Part shown: positions 1 through 11,520 of the stretch, in pieces | How the letters are laid out: the number at the start of each line of letters is the position of its first letter | Position numbering within the stretch: the first letter of the stretch is position 1 | NCBI RefSeq assembly: GCF_009914755.1 | Contig: NC_060926.1 | Source of the DNA: the human T2T-CHM13v2.0 reference genome, Homo sapiens | Strand: one strand, 5' to 3' | Length of the DNA: 64,000 bases | The notes under the pieces: generated by a model | Seen by the model: only the letters and a program-made list of their open reading frames with translations | What the model was told of the DNA's origin: nothing | Databases searched by the model: none | Made by a program: the position numbers and the translations under genes

Positions 1-713
1 AGGGCAGTTTGACTGTGCATTCAAAGAACCACTAAATATATGTTTACTTTATATTTAGTCTCAGCCATTATGCATAATTATATTTAAAAGGGCACTGAAT
101 AGATAAGTTACAAGCCACAACAGGTGTGACTGGAGAAACACAGAGAACGCACATAAAATCTGGGAGAGAGAGCAGGTTACATAAATTTCCCATCAGGGCA
201 GAGAAATATAAGGTATATTTGAACTTTGAAGCCAATCAGTGTGCAACCAGGTAATTACAGGCAGCCTACACCAGGATGGGAGATGCTGGAGTGTGAGCTT
301 GGGAATGCCCCCATAACTCATTCATCTTCAAAGTGCCCTTGGGGGCCCGGCCTCACCAGCCAGGAAATCCAGGATAGTCAGTTGGAATTATATCAACATC
401 TGAGAGGCCATGGAGGGAATGAACCTCATTTACCATGATTAAAGCAGATGAACTGCAGGTTTAGCTCTTCTCCATTAAATTCCTGTTAAACTTGAGAACT
501 TCCACAGGCATTATCTTATTAATAGGCAGGACAGTCATTAACAGGTGATGAAAGGAGGGAAGAAATGACTGTGAAATTTCTGAGAATTTAAGAATGTCTG
601 CTTCATGTACAGTTAAGAAAGAAACTAACATTCAACATTTTTATCAGGAATTTGCATGCATTATTTCATTCATTTCTCATATCAAATCTGTTCTTTATTG
701 GCATCAATCTAAA

Positions 714-1145
714 TAAGGATACTGACGGAAAATTAATATAAAAATTATTTTAGGCCCACGTTGAGGATTGAAGCCTGGGAAATACCTGGAAATGGCTTCA
801 TTCAGCCTTCGTTACAAGCAGGTTTTTAGAAGTGAAAGGGAATAAAGAATGTGCTGATACAAAGTTTTTTGTTAGGAATTTTCAATGGTTTACAGAAATA
901 ACATTGATTAGTGATTGGCTATACATTTTAGAGCTCTGGGTTATGAGTTATGGTGTCCAGCATATGGCATTGTTAGGTTAATTTATGGCTACTTGTCATC
1001 AAGTAATCCAGAGCCCACCCAGCAAGTGGCTTCAAAAGGTGATTACTTAGCTCAAGGTTGGGGTGGTGGGGAATGAGACCTCACTGCTGTCTCACCTTAA
1101 TGGCCCTTTTCAGATTGCTCAGATAATAGTTTCTTCTCTTTCTCA
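714..1145 (-). mobile_element. ERV1 (MER4-group) solo LTR inserted into a MIR remnant
   Basis: The reverse complement begins TGAGAAAAGAGAAGAAACTATTATCTGAG and resembles MER4-group LTRs. It is flanked by 4-bp TAAA duplications (710-713, 1146-1149), with MIR-like sequence on both sides. Confidence 0.65.
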
Positions 1146-1999
1146 TAAATAAAGGAAGAGAGACTGAAAGAATCTTAGTAATTTTCTAGAGGTGGTATTT
1201 TCTAGATTCAGAATGAACTACACAAATATTGAGTCCCCTGTTATTTCCACACTATCATTTGTCCTCCAAAAGGTGAAATGCATTGTCTGACATCATATTT
1301 TAGTGACAGAGCCTGTCCTTGTACCAAGGTCTCTTGTGGTTTTCTCTATAGTCTCATGCCAGCTGCCTAGCTATGGGCCCACAGAATCAAAGCCTGGAGA
1401 GTTCCTATGAAGACCTAGATAACCAGGTTTCAACATAGCTCTGTCTCTGGAGTGAGTGGTGAAGGAAGGAGGGGAGCAGACCACGTAGCCGACTTCTCTA
1501 TTTGCATTTTTTACTTATTGTTTTGTAGTGCAAGCATCAAACACTGGAAGCGGCTGAGCATTTTTCTCTAAGTATGGCGAAAGCTTGCCTTTTTTCAGGT
1601 CTTCTTCTTCTTTCTCATTAAATCACTTTGGTCTCACACAACAAAATAGTCTTCAGGGATGGCCTTAGGCAAAGCTGTAAAATCTATCCTCTGTTCCCAG
1701 AACTTCTCCTTGTTTGTCCTCTCTCTCATTCTGTGAATCTCTCATCCTCTTCTGATACTTAGGAAATTTCTCTCATACAAGCTCAAAAAAGGATCCAGAT
1801 CATTGTATGCATGAAAACAAGGCCTCATTTGCAATTCAAAGGGCAGGCCAACTGTGATTATGCCTCTTATGTGTTGTGAATCCAATGAAGAATTTTAATA
1901 AAAGTTCTAAATTGAGGCATAGCCACATTCTAAAAGCAATGGAGAATGATTTGTGGGACATGAAAACGTGTCACCCTTTACCATTGCTTTCTTTAACGT

Positions 2000-2510
2000 T
2001 ATTCAGTTAAGTCTTAATTCTCAAGTTTCTATATTTGATTTTTTTCAAATTACGCTCCAACCTATAGACTAAATGGACTCTCTGTGGCTGAGATGCTCAA
2101 GGTAAAGCAGAACCAGGCAGCCACAGCAGGATGAGGGGGTCATCATGCATACTGTGCGCTCGGAAAATGTTGCAAAAATGTCACAAGACATCCCTTCCTG
2201 CAATCAAGCCAAACTGAAATAGGCTACAGCTGGAAATTCCCAAACAGACCAACAATTGTCCACCAAGAGTCAGCCAACAAAGAGAGACCTGTGGTTTTAC
2301 ACTTACAGGTCATCCATTCAAGGCTCTGTTCCTCACTCCCCCAGGCCCCTTCCTCGGCCTTTCGCTTTTTACCTTTATAATCTCTAACTCTCCAACCCTT
2401 CCTGGGAGTGCACTTTCACTTTATCCCAAAGGCTACTCGTCTCCAATCTATAGGTCACTGTCAGAAAATAAAGCCCCTTTCTGCCTCTGTAGATCTCATC
2501 TTTTGTTAAT
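2000..2510 (+). mobile_element. Probable ERV1 solo LTR (subfamily uncertain, 5' boundary approximate)
   Basis: LTR-like layout with TATA-like TTTATAA (~2374), AATAAA (~2467) and an end at CTTTTGTTAATA typical of MER4-group LTR termini. Confidence 0.5.
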
Positions 2511-2700
2511 AGCTTTAATATTCTAAAAAGAAGATTCACAAACACCTAGACCCGTGGCTGAACTAAGTTTAAAAGACGATTGATTGAGTGTTGTTTTCTG
2601 GATCCAGTTGAAGTGTGTTACTCACCTACTGAGCTAGTAAGAATTCCCCTAGGAAGAACAGTAAAAATGAAGAAAACCTGAGCTCCAGAGTCAACGTAGC

Positions 2701-3201
2701 TGTGATAGGCTCAATAATAGCCCCTCCACAGTTGTCCACGTTTGAATACTAAAAACCTGTGAGCATATTACCTGACATGGCCAAAGAGGCTTTGCAGATT
2801 TGATTAAGTTAAAGATCTTGAAGTGGGGAGAAAATCCTAGTTTATGTGGATGAGCCCAGTGTAATTACAAGAGTCCTTATAAGAGGAAAGCAGAAGAGTC
2901 AGATCCTGAGAAAGGGAGAGGTGACGACAGAGGCAAAGATCAAAGAATCAGAGAGACAGACGTTTCAGATGTCATGCTGCTGGCTTTGAAATTGGAAGAA
3001 AGGTTTGCAAGCTAATACGTGCAGCCTCTAGAAAAGACAAGGGAACACGTTTTTCCCTAGAGCCTCCAGAAAGAAGGCTACTCCACTGATACCCTGATTT
3101 TAGGACTTCTGACCTCCAGAGCTGTAAAAGAATAAATCTACGTTGTTTTAAGTGACTATATTTGTGATCATTTGCTACAGGAGCAGTAAGAAACTAATAC
3201 A
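2701..3201 (+). mobile_element. MaLR solo LTR, MLT1D-like
   Basis: Starts TGTGATAGGCTCAATAATAGCCCC. It contains GACTTCTGACCTCCAGAGCTGTAAAAGAATAAAT and ends GAAACTAATACA, hallmark MLT1 motifs. Degenerate 5-bp TSD gtagc/gtggt. Confidence 0.9.
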
Positions 3202-5084
3202 GTGGTCGGTGAAGATGATCTTCCCTAGTAATGGTTAGTATTTGAGGCAATTAGACTTTGTAGAGTTGCAGCTGTTGTAGGGGACTATTATAAGATCGTG
3301 TTAGAAAATACTTCAGGAGAATAAGGTGAAAATGCCCACGGCGTGTACCAGCAGGCTCCAAAGCCTTTGAAAACAGAAATGGTAGCAGTAAACAAACGGC
3401 ACTTCTTGGAGTAAATATTAGCGTTCTATTAAGGGCCTTAAGATTGTAAATTGTCACATTCCACCAAAATGCTCTTTTTTCTCCTTCTCTTTTTAAAGGT
3501 TTGTCCAATAGAACATAAAACTGTGACGCTTGAAGATAAACGTGACCTTGACCAGCCCTGAGGTGAGCAGTGATTTCTTTCAGGTGTCAATCCTCAGCAA
3601 ATGCAAGAGAAATATTAACCTGTGGCAAAATGTGTGCTGGTGTGAAAGAGAGAATGATGTTTCCTGAAGAATCTAACATTTTTTCTCCATGTGTAGAATT
3701 CAATCAGGCTTATGATGAGCAAAAAATGAAATAGTTCCCTTCTCTCTGTAGAAGAAGGTGATGATTTTTTTTTTTTTGACTTACAGTGCATGCAACCCAG
3801 ATTTAAATCCAGGAAGAAACAAAATTTTGTGTTCTATAAAACATTTTGGAAAAAGAAAAGTGCTACTGTAGGTAACATGCACAGTGGTGTCCTGGGACCC
3901 CCAGGTCAAATCCTTTGCATCCACTCCTGTGTTTTGCCACGCCCTCACTCCATCAAAAGTCTGCCACCACCATCCTCCTAAATGCTGTAAATGAAAGTAG
4001 CATAGGGTGCCAAGACTCCCAAGATACTCTCCTTTACTTGTCCAATCATTATCCCAATTCCAGCTAAATTCCTTAACGGGCATAACTGCCTAAGTCAAAT
4101 TTAAATGTAAAAACTTACATGTGGCCAGTGGCATTTTATCGGACAGCACTGATCTAAACAAATATCTGGGATTGGTTTTCTCACCTTGTTCACTGGGTTG
4201 GAGGAGATGGTGAAGAACAGCCTCAAATCTCCCAGGACGGACATTATTTTCAGAAAGGGGGCAGATGGAGGGGGAAGGAAAAGCTCGTCTATCATTCTTT
4301 CTCTCCTACAGTAATTATGCCAAGATACAAAGTTATAATTTCTTAGAGTTCAACAGGAGTCCAAAGACTCCTGGTCTTTCTTTGTGTGAGCCGGTTGATT
4401 TGCATCCTTTCCAGGCTACATAAACACAGAAGCCCACAGGGCAATCCAGCTGTGTGTATTACCTGAGCCGTGGGGAGGGATGCTGTGTGATCACCATTAC
4501 CTGTGAGAAACTTGCCTTACTATCTTCTTCCTACTGTTTTTGCTGTACTTACCCAGCAGTTGCCAATTAGATGGGCCTCACAAGAGTAAAAATCGTCAGG
4601 TCAACTGTGGTTACAACAAGAATCCTTGCATGGAGATGCCATAATTTTAGACGCACCTATCATGGTGGAGGAAAGGTGACCTTTGGGATGATTGTGTCTC
4701 ACTGCTTTACAGTTGGGAAAGCAGGTCAAAAGACAATAAATTACTTGTCCAAGATCCCATGGTAAGATTGTTCCAGAAGCACATACATAAGCTGTCTGTA
4801 CTACACCTATCCTGAAATTGTGCTCTCTCTGCAAGGCCATTTTCTCTAGCAATTTGCAAGAACTGTAGGAATGTTCTTGCTCAAATATGAAGCATGGACG
4901 TTCTTTTTATTGCCCTCAAAATAAAATTTTTCTTTATATCTTCTGTTACTACCACTGAACAAATGTTTTCCACCTACTCCCAAAGTAAAGGAAGATAAAA
5001 AGAGAAGTTAGAAATAATTGCATTACAACTACCACTATTATGACTACTATCATTTCCGCTAATGCTACATGAGAAATTCTTTCT

Positions 5085-5265
5085 ATAAAGTACATTATTT
5101 AATTATATTAACAGCCCTATGTGGTAGGTATTGTTATCCCCAATAGTCCCCCAAAAGAAGCAAAGAAACAGAAAAATTAAGTAATTTATATAAGTTCCCA
5201 GAGCAGGTAAGTAGTGATGTTGGGGTTTGATCCCTAAGGTAAGTATTCCCAAAGCTCGTTATTTT
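5085..5265. mobile_element. MIR fragment
   Basis: MIR core-like text (aacagccctatgtggtaggtattgttatcccc...aagtaatttatataagttcccagagcaggtaagtagt). Confidence 0.6.
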
Positions 5266-6389
5266 CCAATAATGTGTTTGAATATGTTAAATACCTTCAC
5301 TTCAGATCTCTCCCTTCTTTCCCATCCTCATTCTAATTTTGTAGAGTATTGGTCCGTCTTTGAATATATAGAAAAACAGTTCTTATTAATATTTTACTAA
5401 ATGTAATCAACTGATGCTATGTATTTCCAGTTTCAAATGAGTTGAACATAATTCCTTTAAAAAGAGTGGCTTGAAAAGAGTATCAGAATGAGTCAAGTGA
5501 CCTGCATTTCTCTTCCGAGCTCTATTCCAAACAAATCACAAGCAACAATAGGTTGTTTTTGTACAATTTCAGAATTTGTCAATATCTGTGGTCTCAGTTG
5601 AATGTTTCTGGAAGCCGAATCAGACACACAGCAGTCAAAATCACCAGGGAATGCTTTTTCAGCATTTTATACCTGCATTCTCCAATCCTCTAATCCCCAA
5701 GTAACTACAGAACATCAAGGACAGTGTTGGTGTGGAATGTGACATGCACATTTTTAAACCAGTCTCTAAGGAATTCTAATTTACACCCTTAACCCCTGGA
5801 AAAGATAATCTTCGAGATTTTTAAAAGCCTATTTTAATAGACTTGTGAGCACTTCAAGCTCTAAGTCAGAAGATAAAATAATATATAGAATAAGTGAGCC
5901 TTTACAAAGCTCATTTTTACCAAATTACTGTTCACTTTACCAAGTTACCCTACTGATATTTTTAGATGAGCCATTACACATTCATGCCTCTGCTCCTCTC
6001 TGACTAGTCACCTGTGCCAGGTGCACTCACAGGTTTTATTGAAGACTTGGAAGTGCTATATGAAATTCTGAAATGTTCTCAAAGTGCCTGTAAAATGTTT
6101 TCTTTTTCCTGAAAGCAAAGATTTGTAGAAAGGTCACTTAACTGTTTTCTTACAGAAAGTTGATATTCATGAATCCATACCAGTTCTGGATGAAATAAAC
6201 ATCTTGACTGTCCTATTGAGAAGACATGATATTGGGGTGAAGTCCAAGGCATGTCTTCAGTTTTGGCTTTATATTTAAAGTTATAAACCGCACTCAAAAC
6301 AGAACAAAATATGTATATGTATTTGAGAAGTTGTAAATGTAGTACAAAGAATAATAATAATGAAAACAAAAAGCACTTTAGGCTCTAAT

Positions 6390-6600
6390 TCAACATTCGT
6401 GGCATAGTTTATAACAGTGAAAATTGAAAACATATTAAATGCTGAACAGAAGATAAGAAAACTGTGGTAAATCCACTAGATGGAATATTATATAGCCATA
6501 CACATTACAGTTATTACTTCTGTATAATAATATAAAATATCTTATATCATAATAGTAAGCAATAAAAACATGAGAAAAAATTTTATTTACCACTTAAATA
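6390..6600 (+). mobile_element. Old L1M 3' fragment
   Basis: aaactgtggtaaatccactagatggaatattatatagccata matches the L1 ORF2-end/3'UTR motif. Confidence 0.6.
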
Positions 6601-6659
6601 AAATTAGCTTGAATTACATGTATGAAAAAAGATCACTTAATTATGGAAAATAACATAAC

Positions 6660-9600
6660 TAACAGGAACATAATCTTAAGGATGAGTGTTTTGAATTGGT
6701 TCTGGAGTTTCTGGAATTGATTCTCTAAATTAATTAGATTTAAAGTCACCAATGACTCTATTTCCAGCAGTGAAGAGAGCACTGATAGTCTATAATGTGA
6801 TACAGCAATAGAGATGGGCAAAGCATCACCATTGGCTACTCCTAATCAGATAGCTATGAGAGGCCAGGTTCTGGGTGACCATATATATAATACTTTCTAA
6901 TCTTTTTGTCAAACTGACAGCTGTAATGATATTCACTAGTTGCTCCTAATTTTGCTAGAGGAAGGAAAAGAAGAGCTCAGGGGTTCAAATTCCCAACTCA
7001 AGAATTATATAAATGACCTGAAAATTTCTAAGTCTTCCCTGCAGGAAATCTTTATCTTCTATAGCTGCAGATCTGAGATTGCTCAAAAATCAAACCCAGA
7101 ATCTCATCCTGTGAGAGGCTGAATTATAATACAAGTTGAATTTCCAACCTCACGGGGTGTTTATTGTTAAACTAGGGCATTGATTTGCAAGGAATGGGAT
7201 CCTGAGAGTTGGAATGAAGAAATAAGAGAAGGCCCTGATGAGATTGGGGACACTGATTTCCTCAACTCTGATAAGTCTTCTTTGCCAGCAAAAGCTGTTA
7301 TTCCATCCCCATCTGAGTAGATCAACCTGGCTTTGCCTAAGGAAACTGTAATGGCCTCCCCTGAGGCAGTTGCTATGCAAATTGTAGACCTATAAGTATA
7401 CTCAAGTCCCAGCAGGCCCCTAAAGGTGAGGTACAGAATGTGACCCATGAGGAGGTGTGCCATTCTCCAAAACAAACAAACAAACAAACAAACAAACAAA
7501 CACCTTGATCTTTTTCAATATATATAGACAGAAATTTTAGGAATATATGTGGGAATGAATATTTATGTAAAATGGCAGAAGAAACATAAATTTGGACAAA
7601 ACAGACTTATATTGACATGAGTCCACTAATTAGAGATTCTTATTTAAATGTTGCAGTTTGGAGAATTAGAAGGGGACTCTAACAGTTAGTTGAAGTGGTA
7701 AACTATATTATGGCCCAAAAGGTGGTCCACCGTGAATAAACCAGAATGACATTCTAGTTTAAGTGTTGCAGTTTGGAGAATTAGAAGTGGGCTCTAACAG
7801 TTAGTTGAACTGGTAAACTAAATTATAGCTCAAAAGGTGGTCCACTGTGAATGAACCAGGTGGTACCCCTGACTGTTCATTTTACGTGGAAGGAGAAATA
7901 GCCAGACATGTATTATATATTGCTTCATGGCCATGACCAATGGTTTGCCTGCATGGTAAAGTACTTGGAAGAAACATGATTGGAAATGCTGGACCTGATT
8001 TGGTATACTGCAAAGGAAGACAGTGAAGGCTTAGGGAGATGGGAATGTTAGTTTTTTCACTTACAACCTACTCACCCACATCGGGAGGGTCCAGCAGACA
8101 TAGCTTTCATCAATACTGTGAGAAATACATTTGTGAGGGAGCCTTAGCCTCCTTGAACAGCTCTGTGATCGCTCTCCTCTACTGACTAGAACTAACAGTG
8201 GAAACTGATGTCACTGATATGGGAAGCCTAAATGCAGTGAGAACAATTGCATCTAGGAGTGTCAGGGGTCAAGTGGCAGCACTCAACCAACAAAAGGTGG
8301 GCATCGTTGCTGTAATGGACAGCAGGGATCAACTCTCCAGCTCTATGTCATAGTAGGGTTAGCAGGGATCTTGGTCACCTTTCTCTTTCAGAATACATCA
8401 CACTGTTTCACTACATTGATGACATTAGGCGGATTGTACCTCGTGAGCAAGAAGTAGCAACTACACTAGACATACTGGCATTACTTGGAGATATTGTGGG
8501 TTCCGTTCTAGACCAACATATAAAAGCAAATATTTCAATAAAAGGAGTCACACAAATTTTTGGGTTTCCCAGTGCATATAAAAATTATATTTACTCTTTA
8601 TCATCATCTATTAAATATGTAATAGCATTATGTCTAAAAAACATACATACCTAATGAAAAAATATTTCATTCCTAAAACATGTCCAAAGTCACAAAGTGA
8701 GCACATGCTTTTAGAGAAATGACATTGATAGACTTGCCTGATGCAGGGTTGCCACAACTCTTGTATTTGTAAAAAGCACAGTATTTTTCAAGGTGCAATA
8801 AAGTACAGCACAATAAGATAAAGTATGCCTGTACTGGTAAGACATTTGCATGTTAGAGGGTCGTACATAAATTCAGAGGCCTTTCCAAATCAGCAAAATT
8901 TCTAGGACTTCAGTTGTATGGAGTATGTTAAGAGATCCCTTCTAAGGTGAAGGTTAAGTTGTTGTATCACTCAGTAAAGACCCTAGACTATCAAACCCAG
9001 ATGAGTAATATATTGACTCCAAAATTCAAAAAGGCCCATAATAATGACTAGTGGGACTCTTTGAATTTTGGAGTCAATATATTTCTCATCTGGGTGTGAT
9101 ATTCTAGGATCTTAACTGAGTGACTTGAAAATCTGCTAGTTTTCAGTGGGTCCCAGAAGAAGAGAAGTCTATACAATAGATTTAGGTTGCCATGCAAGCT
9201 GCTCTGCCCTTGGGTCATATGATGCAGTAGATCCAATGGTGTTTGAAGTAACAGTGGCATATATGGATGCCATTTGGTGTCATTTACAGGCCCCTATAGG
9301 TAAGTTTTATAGCAAAGTCCTGCCATCCTCTGCAGATAAATACTCTCCTTTTGAGAAACAGCTTTACCCTGTTATTGGAGCTTAGTTGAGACTGAATACT
9401 TAACTATGGGCAACCAAGTTACCATGTGACCTGAGCTTCCCATCATGAAGTGGATATTTTCTGAGCCACCAAACCTTAAAGTTGGGTATGCACAACTGCA
9501 CTCCATCATCAAATGGAAGTGGTATAGACCAGATGGGACTCAAGCAAGCCCTGAAGGCACAAGTAACTTACATGAAGAAATGGCTCAAATACCCATGGTT

Positions 9601-10480
9601 TCTAATCCTGCTATGCTGCCCCTTCTCTCTCCTAGCCAGCACCCATGGCTTCATGGGGAGCTCCCTAAATTTAGGTGACAGAGGAAGTGAGAATGCATGC
9701 CTTGTTTACAGATGGTTCTGCACAATATGCAGGCACCATCTGGAAGTGGACAGCTGTAACACTACAGTCCTCTTCTGAAATATCCCTGAAGGGCAATGGT
9801 GAAGGGAAATCCTCTGAGAAGGTAGAACTTTGAGCAATATACCTGGTTGTTAATTTTGCTTGGAAGGAGAAATGGCCAAACATGTGATTATATATTGATG
9901 CATGGTCATGGCCAATGGCTTGACTGCATGGTAAAGGATTTGGAGGGAACATGATTGAAAAATAGGTGATAGAGAAATTTGGAAAAGAGGTATATGAATA
10001 TACCTCTCTGAATGGGCAAAAACGTGAAGATATTTGGGTCCAGTGTGAATGCTCATCAAAGGGTGACCTCAGCAGAGGAGTATTTTTATCATCAAATGGA
10101 TAGAGTGAATCATTCTGTGGATACCAGTCAGCCTCTTTTCATTGTCATTAAACCAATCCACCCCTGTCGTTACTCAAAAAGCTCATGAAAAAAGTGGCCA
10201 TGGTGACAGAAATGGAGGTTACGCATGAGTTCGGCAACAGGCACTTCTACTTACCAAGGCCAACCTGACCCCAGCTGTTGACAAGTGCCCAACCTGCCAG
10301 CAGCAGAGACCTACACTAAGTTCCCAGTATGGCACCATTCCCCACAATTATAGGTCAGCTACTTGGTGGCAGGTTACTTACATTGGACTACTTACATTAT
10401 TGAAAGGGCAGCATTTTGTCCTTTCTAGAATAAAAGCTTTCTCTGCATGCCAATTTCTTTTGTTTGCTTGCAATGCTTAT
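6660..10480 (+). mobile_element. ERVL internal remnant (degraded gag, RT, RNase H, integrase N-terminus); no adjacent LTRs
   Basis: Gag-like ...GGAATGGGATCCTGAGAGTTGGAATG; RT HYIDDI at ~8410; DPMVFEV and KVLPSSADKYSPFEKQL (9146-9385 ORF); HSIIKWKWY; RNase H FTDGSAQYAG (~9705); integrase zinc finger HEKSGHG...CPTCQQQRPTL (10184-10320). Many stops and frameshifts. Confidence 0.92.
8475..8831 (-). mobile_element. Internally deleted Tigger1 DNA transposon
   Basis: Both Tigger1 termini are present (c[a>t]ggcatt... and ...aagtatgcctg), with TA target duplications at 8473-8474 and 8832-8833. Removing it restores [23 protein letters not shown]. Confidence 0.9.
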
Positions 10481-11419
10481 TCACAGTGCCCTGGTGGTTA
10501 CTATTATTAACTTTATTCTCTAAACAAAGAACATAAGGTACAGAGGGTATAAATCAGCTGCCCTTTGCTACCTGGATATGGATAGCAATTTTTTCCTTTC
10601 TTGTCAACTCTTCAGCATCTCTCATTAATCTGTCTCCTCATGCAAGAACAGCACTCTTTTCAATTTTGAAAGTTTATATTGTGTTTAATATCACCTAGGA
10701 TTAATCTTCCCTCATTACTCTTATTTTTCATAACTTTTCAAGCCATTCTTGTAGGGTTTTAGGATCCTGTAAGCATTTTGAAAACAAATTTTACTTCAGA
10801 AACATATTGGAAATGTACTGCAGAAGCATAAATTTGTATGTTAATAGAGATCATTTAAATAGTTTTCTTCTTTAAATACAATAAGGCTTCCCATTTGATG
10901 ATGTCTTTGTTTTTGTGTGCCTATGATCATCAATATCATTTTCAATACCGACCCTGTTTCAGTGCAGACCTCGTAGATAATTCATGTTGTTTCCCACTAC
11001 CTCCTTCTCACTGATACTCATGATGTGAATGTGGTTTTTTTCTCCCATTATTTCTTTTAACCACTTAATAAGAAAGTTATTAATTTCTATATGTTTCATA
11101 TATAGCAACTGTCCTGAGTTTTTTGATCATTTGAATAAATTTGCTCATTTGAATCTAGCAGGTGTTTCACGTATAAGGATATATCTCTGCAAATGATGAC
11201 TATTCTGCCATTGTTTTCTAATTTTTGTATTTCTGTTTTGTGTGATAGCATTTACTTGCAACTGCAGGACCAGGTGAAATAATAGTGGTGATAATGAAAA
11301 CCCTTGTCTTCTTCCTGCCTCTAATGAGAATAATTTTAATTCCTCCTTGTAAAGCCTGAGGGGAGCGTTTGAGTTTGACATATTAAATGTTTATTCACAT
11401 ACATGCATGTGTGGATAAA

Positions 11420-11520
11420 GAAGGGACAGTAATATCTACCTCATGGGGTGTTGTGAAGATTAAGAGACATAATGTATGGAAAGCACTTAGAACAGTGCCT
11501 ACCTCGTAGCAAACTCTTTA
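11420..11520. mobile_element. MIR fragment
   Basis: gtaatatctacctcatggggtgttgtgaagattaagagacataatgtatggaaagcacttagaacagtgcct is MIR core. Confidence 0.8.

Noticed and set aside
9146-9778. ERVL pol ORFs as a domesticated gene
   Set aside because: They are short pieces separated by stops and frameshifts, and RT is disrupted by a deletion, Tigger1 and the inversion.
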